42,004 bases of DNA from Chthoniobacteraceae bacterium. GTDB lineage: Bacteria > Verrucomicrobiota > Verrucomicrobiia > Chthoniobacterales > Chthoniobacteraceae. Positions within the stretch are counted from its first letter, which is position 1. Every line of letters starts with the position of its first letter. Made by a program: the position numbers and the translations under genes. Under the pieces are notes generated by a model. The model was given only the letters and a program-made list of their open reading frames with translations, had not been told where the DNA came from and did not search any database. The stretch covers positions 1 to 42,004 of the forward strand of contig JBBCKI010000043.1 of NCBI GenBank assembly GCA_037190965.1. Reading direction: 5' to 3'. This document shows, piece by piece, positions 11,009 through 18,522 of the stretch.

Positions 11009-12946
11009 ATGCTTTCAATCCGAACGGCGAAAGAGGCGAAGGCGACCCTCTTCATTCAGTCACGGATCGGCCCCAGAATCACCTGGACGCGGCTAACCGC
11101 CCCGTTGGCAGCCACGGTCTCGTTTGTACTGGCTTTGCCTGCCGGGGCGACGGAGGGAAGTGCCTCGTCGAGTTGGAGTTTAAGTCCGTTTTCCTCCACC
11201 ACCCTCGCGGGAATCGAAGCGCTGCTGGCCATTTGCATCGCGTTCACGTTTGCCTGGCTTTATTGCCGTAAGGCGGCTCATGCCCACAAGCGCGCTCTCA
11301 TGGCGGAAGCCGAGGCGGATCTCGTGCGCGCGCAAGCCGAGGTTGTCCAGGCGAAGGCGGAATTGGCCCATCATACCTCCGAGCAGGCCCAGGAGTTTGC
11401 GGAGACGTTGATCGAGGCGGCAACCGTCATCATTATCGGAGTGGACGCAGACGGGCAATTGAGCCTTTTTAACAAAACCGCCGAGAAGATCACCGGCTAC
11501 AGCAGCCAGCAGTTGGCCTCCGGCAATTGGCTGGAAATTCTTTTCCCGGGGGAGGAGTTTGCCCCCGCGCGGGATGCGTTGACGGCGATGATCCGCAAGG
11601 AACTCGACAAGCCCGTGGAGTCGCTTCTCATCACCTGTTCGGGCGAGGAGAGGCAGATCGGGTGGCAATGCCGCCATGTTCTTTATCAGGACGAAGCGAT
11701 TGCCCTGATGTTCGGCGTGGACCTGACGGAACGCGCCCTTGCGGAACGGGAGCGGCATGACCTCGAACGCAAGCTCCTCGACATGCAGAAGCTGGAGAGC
11801 CTCGGTGTTCTGGCGGGAGGGATCGCGCATGATTTCAACAACCTGCTCACCGCCATCCTCGGCAACGCGCAGCTTGCCAAGCTGCAAATGCTCCGGTCCT
11901 CGCCGGTCCACCAGTACCTGATGGAGATTGAGCGGACGTCGCTTCAGGCGGCGGATCTTTGCAAGCAGATGCTCGCCTACTCGGGGCAGGGGAAGGTGGA
12001 GACCCGGCTGCTCGACCTTAACCGGATGATCCGCGACATGAGCCAGTTGCTGAGGATCTCCGTGGCCAAGAAGGTGCAGCTTTCCTTCGACCTTGCCCAC
12101 ACGCTTCCGCTCATTCAAGGGGATGCCAGCCAGATCCGGCAGGTGCTGGTGAACCTGATCATCAATGCTTCCGAGGCCATCGACGACAAGGAGGGCTCCA
12201 TCTGGGTCTCTTCGGGCGTCGTGCACGGGGCTAAACATCTCTTTGAGGGAACCGCCGTGACGGGGCGCCCCCAGGAGCGCGACTACGTCTTCATCTCTAT
12301 CACCGACACCGGGTGCGGCATGGACGAAGAAACGCGCGCAAGAATTTTCGATCCGTTTTTCACCACCAAGTTTACGGGCCGGGGCCTGGGCCTCGCGGCG
12401 GTGCTTGGCATTGTCCGCAGCCACGACGGCACGCTCGAGCTGACCACCAATCAAGGGGAGGGGACGACCTTCACCCTTCTCTTTCCGCGTGCCGAAGTGC
12501 GCGAGGAGGTTTCGCAACGGGATGACGAACCGGCTCCCGCGCCGTTTTGGAGCGGGGAGGGGCTTGTTTTGGTCGTGGACGACGAGGAGAGTGTCCGTAC
12601 CCTGATGGCCCGGATGCTGGAGTCTTTCCAGTTTCACGTCATCGAAGCGGTCGACGGTCGGGATGCCGTGGAGAAGTACTCCGCGCATGCCGAGGCGATC
12701 ACGGCGGTGCTCCTTGACGTCACCATGCCGGTGATGAGCGGGTTGGAAGCGTTCGATCATATCCGCAGGCTTAGGCCCGATGTGCCGGTCCTCTTCATGA
12801 GCGGTTACATGAGCGACGGCGAATTGCGCAACCTCAACGGAGCGACCGATTTTATTCAGAAGCCGTTTAAACTCGACGAGTTCCAAAAAAAGCTGCGAAT
12901 GCTACTTACTCCCGCAACGGAATCGCATGAAACTCACCTACCTTAG
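11009..12946 (+). CDS. Hybrid sensor histidine kinase/response regulator with PAS domain
   Basis: N-terminal TM segments, PAS (FNKTAEKITGY), H-box GIAHDFNNLLT, DTGCGM, GRGLGLA, receiver LLDVTMPVMSG; start uncertain; overlaps the next gene by 20 nt. Confidence 0.92.
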   Translation: MLSIRTAKEAKATLFIQSRIGPRITWTRLTAPLAATVSFVLALPAGATEGSASSSWSLSPFSSTTLAGIEALLAICIAFTFAWLYCRKAAHAHKRALMAEAEADLVRAQAEVVQAKAELAHHTSEQAQEFAETLIEAATVIIIGVDADGQLSLFNKTAEKITGYSSQQLASGNWLEILFPGEEFAPARDALTAMIRKELDKPVESLLITCSGEERQIGWQCRHVLYQDEAIALMFGVDLTERALAERERHDLERKLLDMQKLESLGVLAGGIAHDFNNLLTAILGNAQLAKLQMLRSSPVHQYLMEIERTSLQAADLCKQMLAYSGQGKVETRLLDLNRMIRDMSQLLRISVAKKVQLSFDLAHTLPLIQGDASQIRQVLVNLIINASEAIDDKEGSIWVSSGVVHGAKHLFEGTAVTGRPQERDYVFISITDTGCGMDEETRARIFDPFFTTKFTGRGLGLAAVLGIVRSHDGTLELTTNQGEGTTFTLLFPRAEVREEVSQRDDEPAPAPFWSGEGLVLVVDDEESVRTLMARMLESFQFHVIEAVDGRDAVEKYSAHAEAITAVLLDVTMPVMSGLEAFDHIRRLRPDVPVLFMSGYMSDGELRNLNGATDFIQKPFKLDEFQKKLRMLLTPATESHETHLP

Positions 12947-13613
12947 TCACTCCTGTTTTGCCCTCGAGACCTCCACGCACCGGTTGATCATCGACCCGTT
13001 CCTCTCCGGTAACCCTCTCGCCAAGGTTACGCCGGAGGAAGTCGAGTGCGACTACATCCTGCTTTCGCATGGGCATGAAGACCATTTCGGCGATGCCGTG
13101 GCCATCGCCAAGCGCACCGGGGCGACCATCATCGCGAACTTTGAGACCGCCATGGTCTGCGCCGCGCGAGGAACCAAGGCGCACCCGCTTCAGCCGGGAG
13201 GCGCATGGCGCTTCCCCTTTGGCCGGGTGAAGATGACCATTGCCCATCATAGCTCCAGCATCGCGAACGGCGACGGCTTCGCCTACATGGGCAATCCGGC
13301 GGGCCTGCTCATTACCGCCGACGGCAAGACCGTCTACCATGCGGGTGATACCGCGTTATTCCTCGATATGAAACTCATCGGGGAACTGGACTCGATCGAC
13401 GTGGCTCTCCTCCCGATCGGGGACAACTTCACCATGGGCCCGGAAGACGCCGCCCGCGCGGTGGAGTTTCTTAACGCGAGGCTGGCGATCCCGATGCATT
13501 ATAACACGTTCGATCTCATCAAGGTCGATCCGCAACGGTTCGTGAACGCCGTCAAGTCAGGCGGAACGGGAACAGCCCGTGTGATGGCGACCGGCGAGAC
13601 GATCGAGATTTAG
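12927..13613 (+). CDS. Metal-dependent hydrolase, metallo-beta-lactamase fold (UPF0173-like)
   Basis: IIDPFL, SHGHEDH, YHAGDT, LPIGDNFTMG, IPMHYNTF. Confidence 0.92.
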   Translation: MKLTYLSHSCFALETSTHRLIIDPFLSGNPLAKVTPEEVECDYILLSHGHEDHFGDAVAIAKRTGATIIANFETAMVCAARGTKAHPLQPGGAWRFPFGRVKMTIAHHSSSIANGDGFAYMGNPAGLLITADGKTVYHAGDTALFLDMKLIGELDSIDVALLPIGDNFTMGPEDAARAVEFLNARLAIPMHYNTFDLIKVDPQRFVNAVKSGGTGTARVMATGETIEI

Positions 13614-13628
13614 AACATTTCGGCTTTC

Positions 13629-13892
13629 TCAAACATCCGCCTTTCCCCGGCGCAGGTGTTTGGGGCGGTAGGGGTCGAAGGCGACATCGGCCCCGTCGGC
13701 CTTCATCTGGTAAACGATCTGCATCAATTCCCCAAGCCGCCCCTTGGGCCATCCGTGCGTCACGAACCATTGCAGGTACTCGGCGGGAAGTTCGTGCAGC
13801 ACGCGCCCCTTGCAACGCCCGAACGGCATAATGGTGCGGGCGATCTCCTCCAGTTCGGCGAGGGCCTTGCTGCGGAAATTGGTTTCGCTCAT
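13629..13892 (-). CDS. Small conserved protein, DUF3820-like
   Basis: MPFGRCKGRVLHELPAEYLQWF..GWPKGRLGELM pattern. Confidence 0.8.
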   Translation of the reverse strand: MSETNFRSKALAELEEIARTIMPFGRCKGRVLHELPAEYLQWFVTHGWPKGRLGELMQIVYQMKADGADVAFDPYRPKHLRRGKADV

Positions 13893-13940
13893 TTCTGTCT
13901 TATGGATGGGTGATCCCTCGTCTGCAATTACAAAGTCGAC

Positions 13941-14053
13941 CTGTTCCAGCGTGGCCAGAGAGAGTTTTCGATCCTCATCGTCCCGGTAGACTCGCTGCCG
14001 TTCATTCCCCTTGCAGTTAGATGATAAAACTCAACTCGGATAGGTCGTGCCAT
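13941..14053 (-). pseudogene. 5' remnant of a second HUH/RAYT-like transposase gene
   Basis: Aligns to the first 42 codons of 15220..16188 (MARPIRVEF--YHLTARG/NERQRVYRDDEDRKLSLATLEQ) with a 12-nt deletion, a 1-nt frameshift and truncation. Confidence 0.9.
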
Positions 14054-14079
14054 GCCGACCTCGGCAAAGCCTTAAGGTT

Positions 14080-14162
14080 TGTCAAGTGTCAAGAGTTGAC
14101 CCCGTCAGCCCCGTCAGCCGTCAGGCGTCAGGCGTCAGTTGACGTCAGGTTGACCCCGTCAG
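14080..14162 (+). repeat. End-repeat array A (upstream of HUH remnant)
   Basis: One full TGTCAAGTGTCAAGAGTTGACCCCGTCAG followed by six shorter units, all ending in CGTCAG. Confidence 0.95.
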
Positions 14163-14194
14163 CAGGAGGGGGCAACTCTCGTCAGACCCGTTAG

Positions 14195-14953
14195 CTACCT
14201 GATCTTGAAAGGTGAGTCAGCAAAGCTGTTAAGCTCCTCTAGGCGTTCTGGTTTGGTCTCACTTAATTCGTTCTTTAGGCGCTCAAAAAAACCTTGATTT
14301 TCCGTAATCAATACTCGCGCAATTGTGAGTCGCCCATCAACATGTTGGGCGTTCATATACGCATTTTTGATGAAATCAAAGCTCTTCTTATCACCAATTT
14401 TCGCTAAAACAACCAAAAGCGATTTTCGTTCTAGAAGCGAGCCGTCGGAGCTTTCCAATTCTGTGTAATATTGAGTAGCAAAATCGACTGCCGCTTCCTT
14501 AAGGGGCTCGGTTTTGGAGGCTCTTGGTAGAGCGAGAATTGCAAGATACTTTGTGTTCTCATCAAGTTTATTGTTTTTTATAATACCATAAAGCCAACTG
14601 AGATCCTCTTTTGTTCCCTTGAATTTTATGAAACTAAGTGAATACAAAACATCGCTAGGGCTTTCTATTGCTTTGTTTAAATTAACTTGTGCGCCCGAAT
14701 TGTATTTTGAGACAACGCTCGCAATTCCTTCTGAAGGTAAACCATTTTGGTTAATTTTATCAGCTCTTTCTTTAAAGCTTTTATCTTGATTTAATTTATT
14801 TCTAATATTTCTTGCTTGCTCCCGGGCGTCTTGTAGCTGTTCGGGAGAAAGGTGGTTCTTTTGAGGATCGAGGGGAGGGGTGTCGACGTCTGCTTTCGCG
14901 TTTAGCATAGCGAGGTGAAGGGTCAGAAGGCTTGCGAGGATAGATTTATGCAT
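14195..14953 (-). CDS. Hypothetical secreted helical protein (possibly HEAT-like; candidate immunity/partner protein)
   Basis: 252-aa ORF with Sec signal (MHKSILASLLTLHLAMLNAKA), AT-rich, helical motifs such as LLVVLAKIGDKKSFDFIK. Confidence 0.75.
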   Translation of the reverse strand: MHKSILASLLTLHLAMLNAKADVDTPPLDPQKNHLSPEQLQDAREQARNIRNKLNQDKSFKERADKINQNGLPSEGIASVVSKYNSGAQVNLNKAIESPSDVLYSLSFIKFKGTKEDLSWLYGIIKNNKLDENTKYLAILALPRASKTEPLKEAAVDFATQYYTELESSDGSLLERKSLLVVLAKIGDKKSFDFIKNAYMNAQHVDGRLTIARVLITENQGFFERLKNELSETKPERLEELNSFADSPFKIR

Positions 14954-14971
14954 ATGTTTATAGCCGTCGAG

Positions 14972-15073
14972 TTAATTGCACATTGAGGTGCTTGCAACCC
15001 ATAAGTACAGATTTATTCTATCATAGATAAAACTTATTCCTTCTGGGGAAATTCCAGTGACGGAGGCGGTATC
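14972..15073 (-). pseudogene. Possible headless 3' fragment of a gene truncated at the repeat array
   Basis: Open frame from the repeat boundary, DTASVTGISPEGISFIYDRINLYLWVASTSMCN*, ending 18 nt before the next ATG; no usable start codon. Confidence 0.4.
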
Positions 15074-15240
15074 GAGCGGACGGGGTCAACGGACGTCCGA
15101 GCGGACGGGGTCAACTCTTGACGCTTGACAGCGAGCGGACGGGGTCAAGCGGACGGGGTCAACTCTTGACACTTGACAGCGAGCGGACGGGGTCAACTCT
15201 TGACACTTGGCGGACGGGGTCAACTCTTGACACTTGACAG
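15073..15240 (-). repeat. End-repeat array B (downstream of intact HUH gene, inverted relative to A and C)
   Basis: Six GGGGTCA-containing copies of (CGA)GCGGACGGGGTCAACTCTTGACACTTGACAG of variable length; the innermost copy contains the HUH stop codon. Confidence 0.95.
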
Positions 15241-16243
15241 GGTTTTATCAAATTCACCCTTAAGTAAGTCAATATGTTGAGTCCATTGAGGCTGATTTTT
15301 GAGTTGTCTCTCAAGGCGTTTGAGTATCTGGGTGATCGCACTTCCGTCCTTATATCCCATGGATCGGCCTACGTCGATACGTCTTTCGCCTCCCAAGGAG
15401 ACACGGATCCATACTTTCCAGCAGATCTCCTTTTGCCCTTGCGCGACTTTGTTTGCCGCTGTCTTTCTGCTGCTTTGATCATCGGAGCGTGCCACCCACG
15501 CCAACTCCTCATCTCCTGCCTTCAGTTGCAATATATCTCGAACGCGTTCCTGTATTTCGCTACTACCGAGGACAAGCCCCGCCTTCAAATTCTCCCACGG
15601 ATTCTCAATCGACTCTTCGAAGGCGTCGTCCATAAAACGTCTATATTCCTTCTGTGCCCGGTTTCGCTTGCTCCCGAAAAAGCTTAACCAGTCAAGGCTC
15701 AGCCAGTTTGGGCAGACGTCGAGGCCAAGGTAAGATCGGTGGCTGCTCCAACGGTAATCCTGAAGCAGCTCCCGATACTCAATTGGCACCCTTGCGTTCT
15801 TGTCTCTCGGCCTGACGGGATTCAAGTGCATGTACCGCAATAGCTCCATTGCGTACCGATCGGCTTCAACCAAATGCGCTTTAAAGCGCCCCTGAAAGAG
15901 ATGCCCGCTACGTCGATGACGACGATTAAACCGAACGGTGTAAGTCGTTTGGAACCACCCAATCGCCCGGCTGAGGTTGCCTCGCGGCGTCTCCAGCAAA
16001 ACGTGGTAATGGTTTGGCATCAGACAGAAACCATGGACTCGCAAACCGTGTTGCCCGATACATTGCTCTAGCGTGGCCAGAAAGAGCTTTCGATCTTCAT
16101 CATCCCGGTAGATTCGCTGCCTTTCATTCCCCCTTGCGGTTAGATGATAAACAGCCCCTTCAAACTCAACTCGGATTGGCCGTGCCATGCCATCCTTTTG
16201 GCCAAATCTTCAGGGTTGTCAAGTGTCAAGAGTTGACCCCGTC
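15213..16243 (-). mobile_element. HUH (Y1) element bounded by perfect 27-bp inverted repeats
   Basis: 15213-15239 is the exact reverse complement of 16217-16243 (TGTCAAGTGTCAAGAGTTGACCCCGTC); encloses a single transposase-like ORF. Confidence 0.8.
15220..16188 (-). CDS. HUH endonuclease / REP-associated tyrosine transposase-like (IS200 Y1 superfamily) with C-terminal HTH
   Basis: YHLTARGN, HUH motif MPNHYHVLL, GHLFQGRFKA, catalytic Tyr in RYMHLNPVR, YRWSS; C-terminal HTH-like IDVGRSMGYKDGSAITQILKRL. Confidence 0.93.
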   Translation of the reverse strand: MARPIRVEFEGAVYHLTARGNERQRIYRDDEDRKLFLATLEQCIGQHGLRVHGFCLMPNHYHVLLETPRGNLSRAIGWFQTTYTVRFNRRHRRSGHLFQGRFKAHLVEADRYAMELLRYMHLNPVRPRDKNARVPIEYRELLQDYRWSSHRSYLGLDVCPNWLSLDWLSFFGSKRNRAQKEYRRFMDDAFEESIENPWENLKAGLVLGSSEIQERVRDILQLKAGDEELAWVARSDDQSSRKTAANKVAQGQKEICWKVWIRVSLGGERRIDVGRSMGYKDGSAITQILKRLERQLKNQPQWTQHIDLLKGEFDKTLSSVKS

Positions 16244-16435
16244 AGTTGCGTCAGTCAAGTGTCAAGAGTTGACCCCGTCAGGCGTCAGTCAAGTGTCAAG
16301 AGTTGACCCCGTCAGGTTGACCCCGTCAGGCCCCGTCAGGAAGAGTTGACCCCGTCAGCCCCGTCAGGTGTCAAGAGTTGACCCCGTCAGCCCCGTCAGC
16401 GCCTGCAGCCCCGTCAGCGCCTGAACCCCGCCTGA
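16217..16435 (+). repeat. End-repeat array C (upstream of intact HUH gene)
   Basis: Twelve units ending in CGTCAG, six containing TGACCCC, ranging from 7 to 29 nt; ends with CGCCTG micro-duplications. Confidence 0.95.
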
Positions 16436-16452
16436 TGCTGGCCGCGCTTATT

Positions 16453-17340
16453 TCACTTCATTCCATACGGCTCACTGAACCAAGTCTTGAATTTAATTAA
16501 AAATTTATCAACTTTTTCATTGTATTCGATACTCAATCCTGATTGAGACGGGATGTGCGCAGCCTCAGAAAGGAGATCAACGTCAACTCCAGGAATGGCG
16601 ACCCGTTTCGCCCCGATCTTATTCGAAGTATAATCAAAATCGACTAGAAGAACTTCACTAATTGAATCAACTGTGTCACCAAGGCCAATTAGTATACCAG
16701 CTGTTGTTGATTTATTTGAAAATACTGGAGGAGCCAGCAAAAATGTCTTTTTAGATGAGGGTGCGTTGAGCGACTCTGGGGTTAGCGTAAAACTCGCTGA
16801 AGATTCCTTTTGACTGAAATCATATTTTCCCGCGTTTATTGCCTCTTGTCGCGCCTTCCAAGTCAAAGGCGGCGAGCTCAATCCCTCTTGTATCTTATTT
16901 AGATTCAAAAAGGTTATTTGATGATTGTAATCGGTCATTTTTACCCTGCGACCGATTTTAGGAATGTAGCATATTATGCTGCCGCTCGGCTTCGAATACA
17001 AAGCCGTTACATAGTCAAGGAAAATAGTTCTCACTCGTCGCGCGTCAACGATCGCGCATAGTCCCTCAAATATATTCCGGCTAGGTTCTCCGCTTTGTTT
17101 TTGAAAAATTATAACCAATTCAGAATTTAGCCATTTAAGCTCAATATCTGGACTCCATTCCCAATCAATATTTAGTGAATGATGACCTGCGCTCCCTTGG
17201 GTTTCAAATTCAATAACCCGCTTTGAGGTGTTGGCCTGAGCAGAAACCTCAATTGTCCCATCTGGGTTTTTTGAAGTGAAGCCAAACACGCATACGCTTA
17301 AAAAGCAATTCACGATCAGGTGGTATAGATATAATCTCAT
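16453..17340 (-). CDS. Hypothetical exported protein (candidate immunity/partner of the 3D-domain protein)
   Basis: 295-aa AT-rich ORF with hydrophobic N-terminus, starting 3 nt after the upstream stop. Confidence 0.75.
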   Translation of the reverse strand: MRLYLYHLIVNCFLSVCVFGFTSKNPDGTIEVSAQANTSKRVIEFETQGSAGHHSLNIDWEWSPDIELKWLNSELVIIFQKQSGEPSRNIFEGLCAIVDARRVRTIFLDYVTALYSKPSGSIICYIPKIGRRVKMTDYNHQITFLNLNKIQEGLSSPPLTWKARQEAINAGKYDFSQKESSASFTLTPESLNAPSSKKTFLLAPPVFSNKSTTAGILIGLGDTVDSISEVLLVDFDYTSNKIGAKRVAIPGVDVDLLSEAAHIPSQSGLSIEYNEKVDKFLIKFKTWFSEPYGMK

Positions 17341-17343
17341 ATT

Positions 17344-18522
17344 TTATTGCAGTTTAATAACCCATTTCGTTTTTTTGCCCCACGTATTTGCCTGTTGGTT
17401 AAGAGTGGTTCCCCCCTCTCCAATGTAGACATCAATCTGAGTTGATCCCAGTCCACCGCCAATATCAATTTTTTTCTTCTTTCCGACGTCTTGAATGATC
17501 ACTTCATCGCCGCAGCCTAGCTTTGGAGATATGGCAGCATACCCATCTGTATTGCCAATAAGATTGTGGGGAGAGCACGAGGCGGTTTGTTGACTTGGAT
17601 TAGGATTAGCAAGATAAGTTGGAGCTCCACCATTTAACAATGTCCACGGAGTTGCTGTAGTATTGCCATATGTAGAATGGAAGCGTACAACTGTTGTGCC
17701 AATTAGGCCCAAGCCTTCATTTGCAGGATCAACAGCGTTCATAAAGGCGATTGGATGAGCAACATTTGTCACCCCCGACCAAACAGTGCCATTTAATGCT
17801 CCTGTACCCTTACTCAAAACCGAGCCGGAATATCCGCTCTCCTGTGGGGTGAAATAATTCGATATAGTCCACTTGCCAAGATAGACGAAGTTCTTGTTTA
17901 AGTTTTTTGTATGCTTAGCTTGTTTGTTTGATGGAGACCAAACGGCGTTTATCTTTTTGAACGTCTTATCTTTGACTGCGTCAGTTAGCTTGTCTTCAAT
18001 ATGAAATGATTCAGTCTTTTCAGTATCGGATCCGGTGACGGAAGCATTATAAATCTCAACCTTCTGGTCGCCGTCCAATTCCAATTTCAACGTGCCAGAC
18101 AAACCCGAAGGCGTGCATTTAAAAGTAATTTTATCATCTTCGACATTTGTATCAATGATCTCTACTTTTGGGACAATGACTCGATAAGGGAACGTTGCGC
18201 CAGTTGTGCAGGTTACAACGGGTCCGCCGTTTTTGCCAGGCGTTGTATGGCTAACGGTAAGTGTGCATTGAGCATCGGTCGGTTCAGAGTTAAAAGGAAC
18301 GACTACTGAGCTCTTCCCGGAATACTTTTGATCTCCGGGAACATCTAATTCAAGAGTGACTACATCTCCTGATGGCACACCAGATGCGGTGAATGTCACA
18401 TTCTCCTCTTTCAGCACAACAATAATCCCGTTCCCATCTTTCGCTGGAGTTGTGCTAATAGTGTGAGCTTGGAGGGTGATTGCTGGGATTGCCAGGGCTA
18501 ATATGTAGATTAACGATTTCAT
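17344..18522 (-). CDS. Secreted protein with beta-rich N-terminal region and C-terminal 3D (MltA-like) domain
   Basis: Signal peptide MKSLIYILALAIPAITLQA; C-terminal AAISPKLGCGDEVIIQDVG..IDIGGGLGSTQIDVYIG resembles the 3D motif DTGGAIKGxxIDxY. Confidence 0.7.
   Translation of the reverse strand: MKSLIYILALAIPAITLQAHTISTTPAKDGNGIIVVLKEENVTFTASGVPSGDVVTLELDVPGDQKYSGKSSVVVPFNSEPTDAQCTLTVSHTTPGKNGGPVVTCTTGATFPYRVIVPKVEIIDTNVEDDKITFKCTPSGLSGTLKLELDGDQKVEIYNASVTGSDTEKTESFHIEDKLTDAVKDKTFKKINAVWSPSNKQAKHTKNLNKNFVYLGKWTISNYFTPQESGYSGSVLSKGTGALNGTVWSGVTNVAHPIAFMNAVDPANEGLGLIGTTVVRFHSTYGNTTATPWTLLNGGAPTYLANPNPSQQTASCSPHNLIGNTDGYAAISPKLGCGDEVIIQDVGKKKKIDIGGGLGSTQIDVYIGEGGTTLNQQANTWGKKTKWVIKLQ

Noticed and set aside
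424..12886. Long antisense ORFs (424..1956, 3399..4859, 5113..7356, 8544..10412, 11180..12886)
   Set aside because: Shadow ORFs opposite well-supported genes, expected from high-GC codon bias; no recognisable motifs
15220..16188. IS605/TnpB or IscB RNA-guided element
   Set aside because: No TnpB/IscB RuvC ORF nearby; the protein is the long RAYT-like type with a C-terminal HTH
15159..16349. ORFs 15159..15341 and 16014..16349 with repeated peptides (QVSRVDPVR, VKCQELTPS)
   Set aside because: Read-through of the DNA repeat arrays, overlapping the HUH gene
14080..16435. CRISPR array interpretation of the repeat clusters
   Set aside because: Units are abutting, variable-length truncations with no unique constant-length spacers, and no cas genes are present
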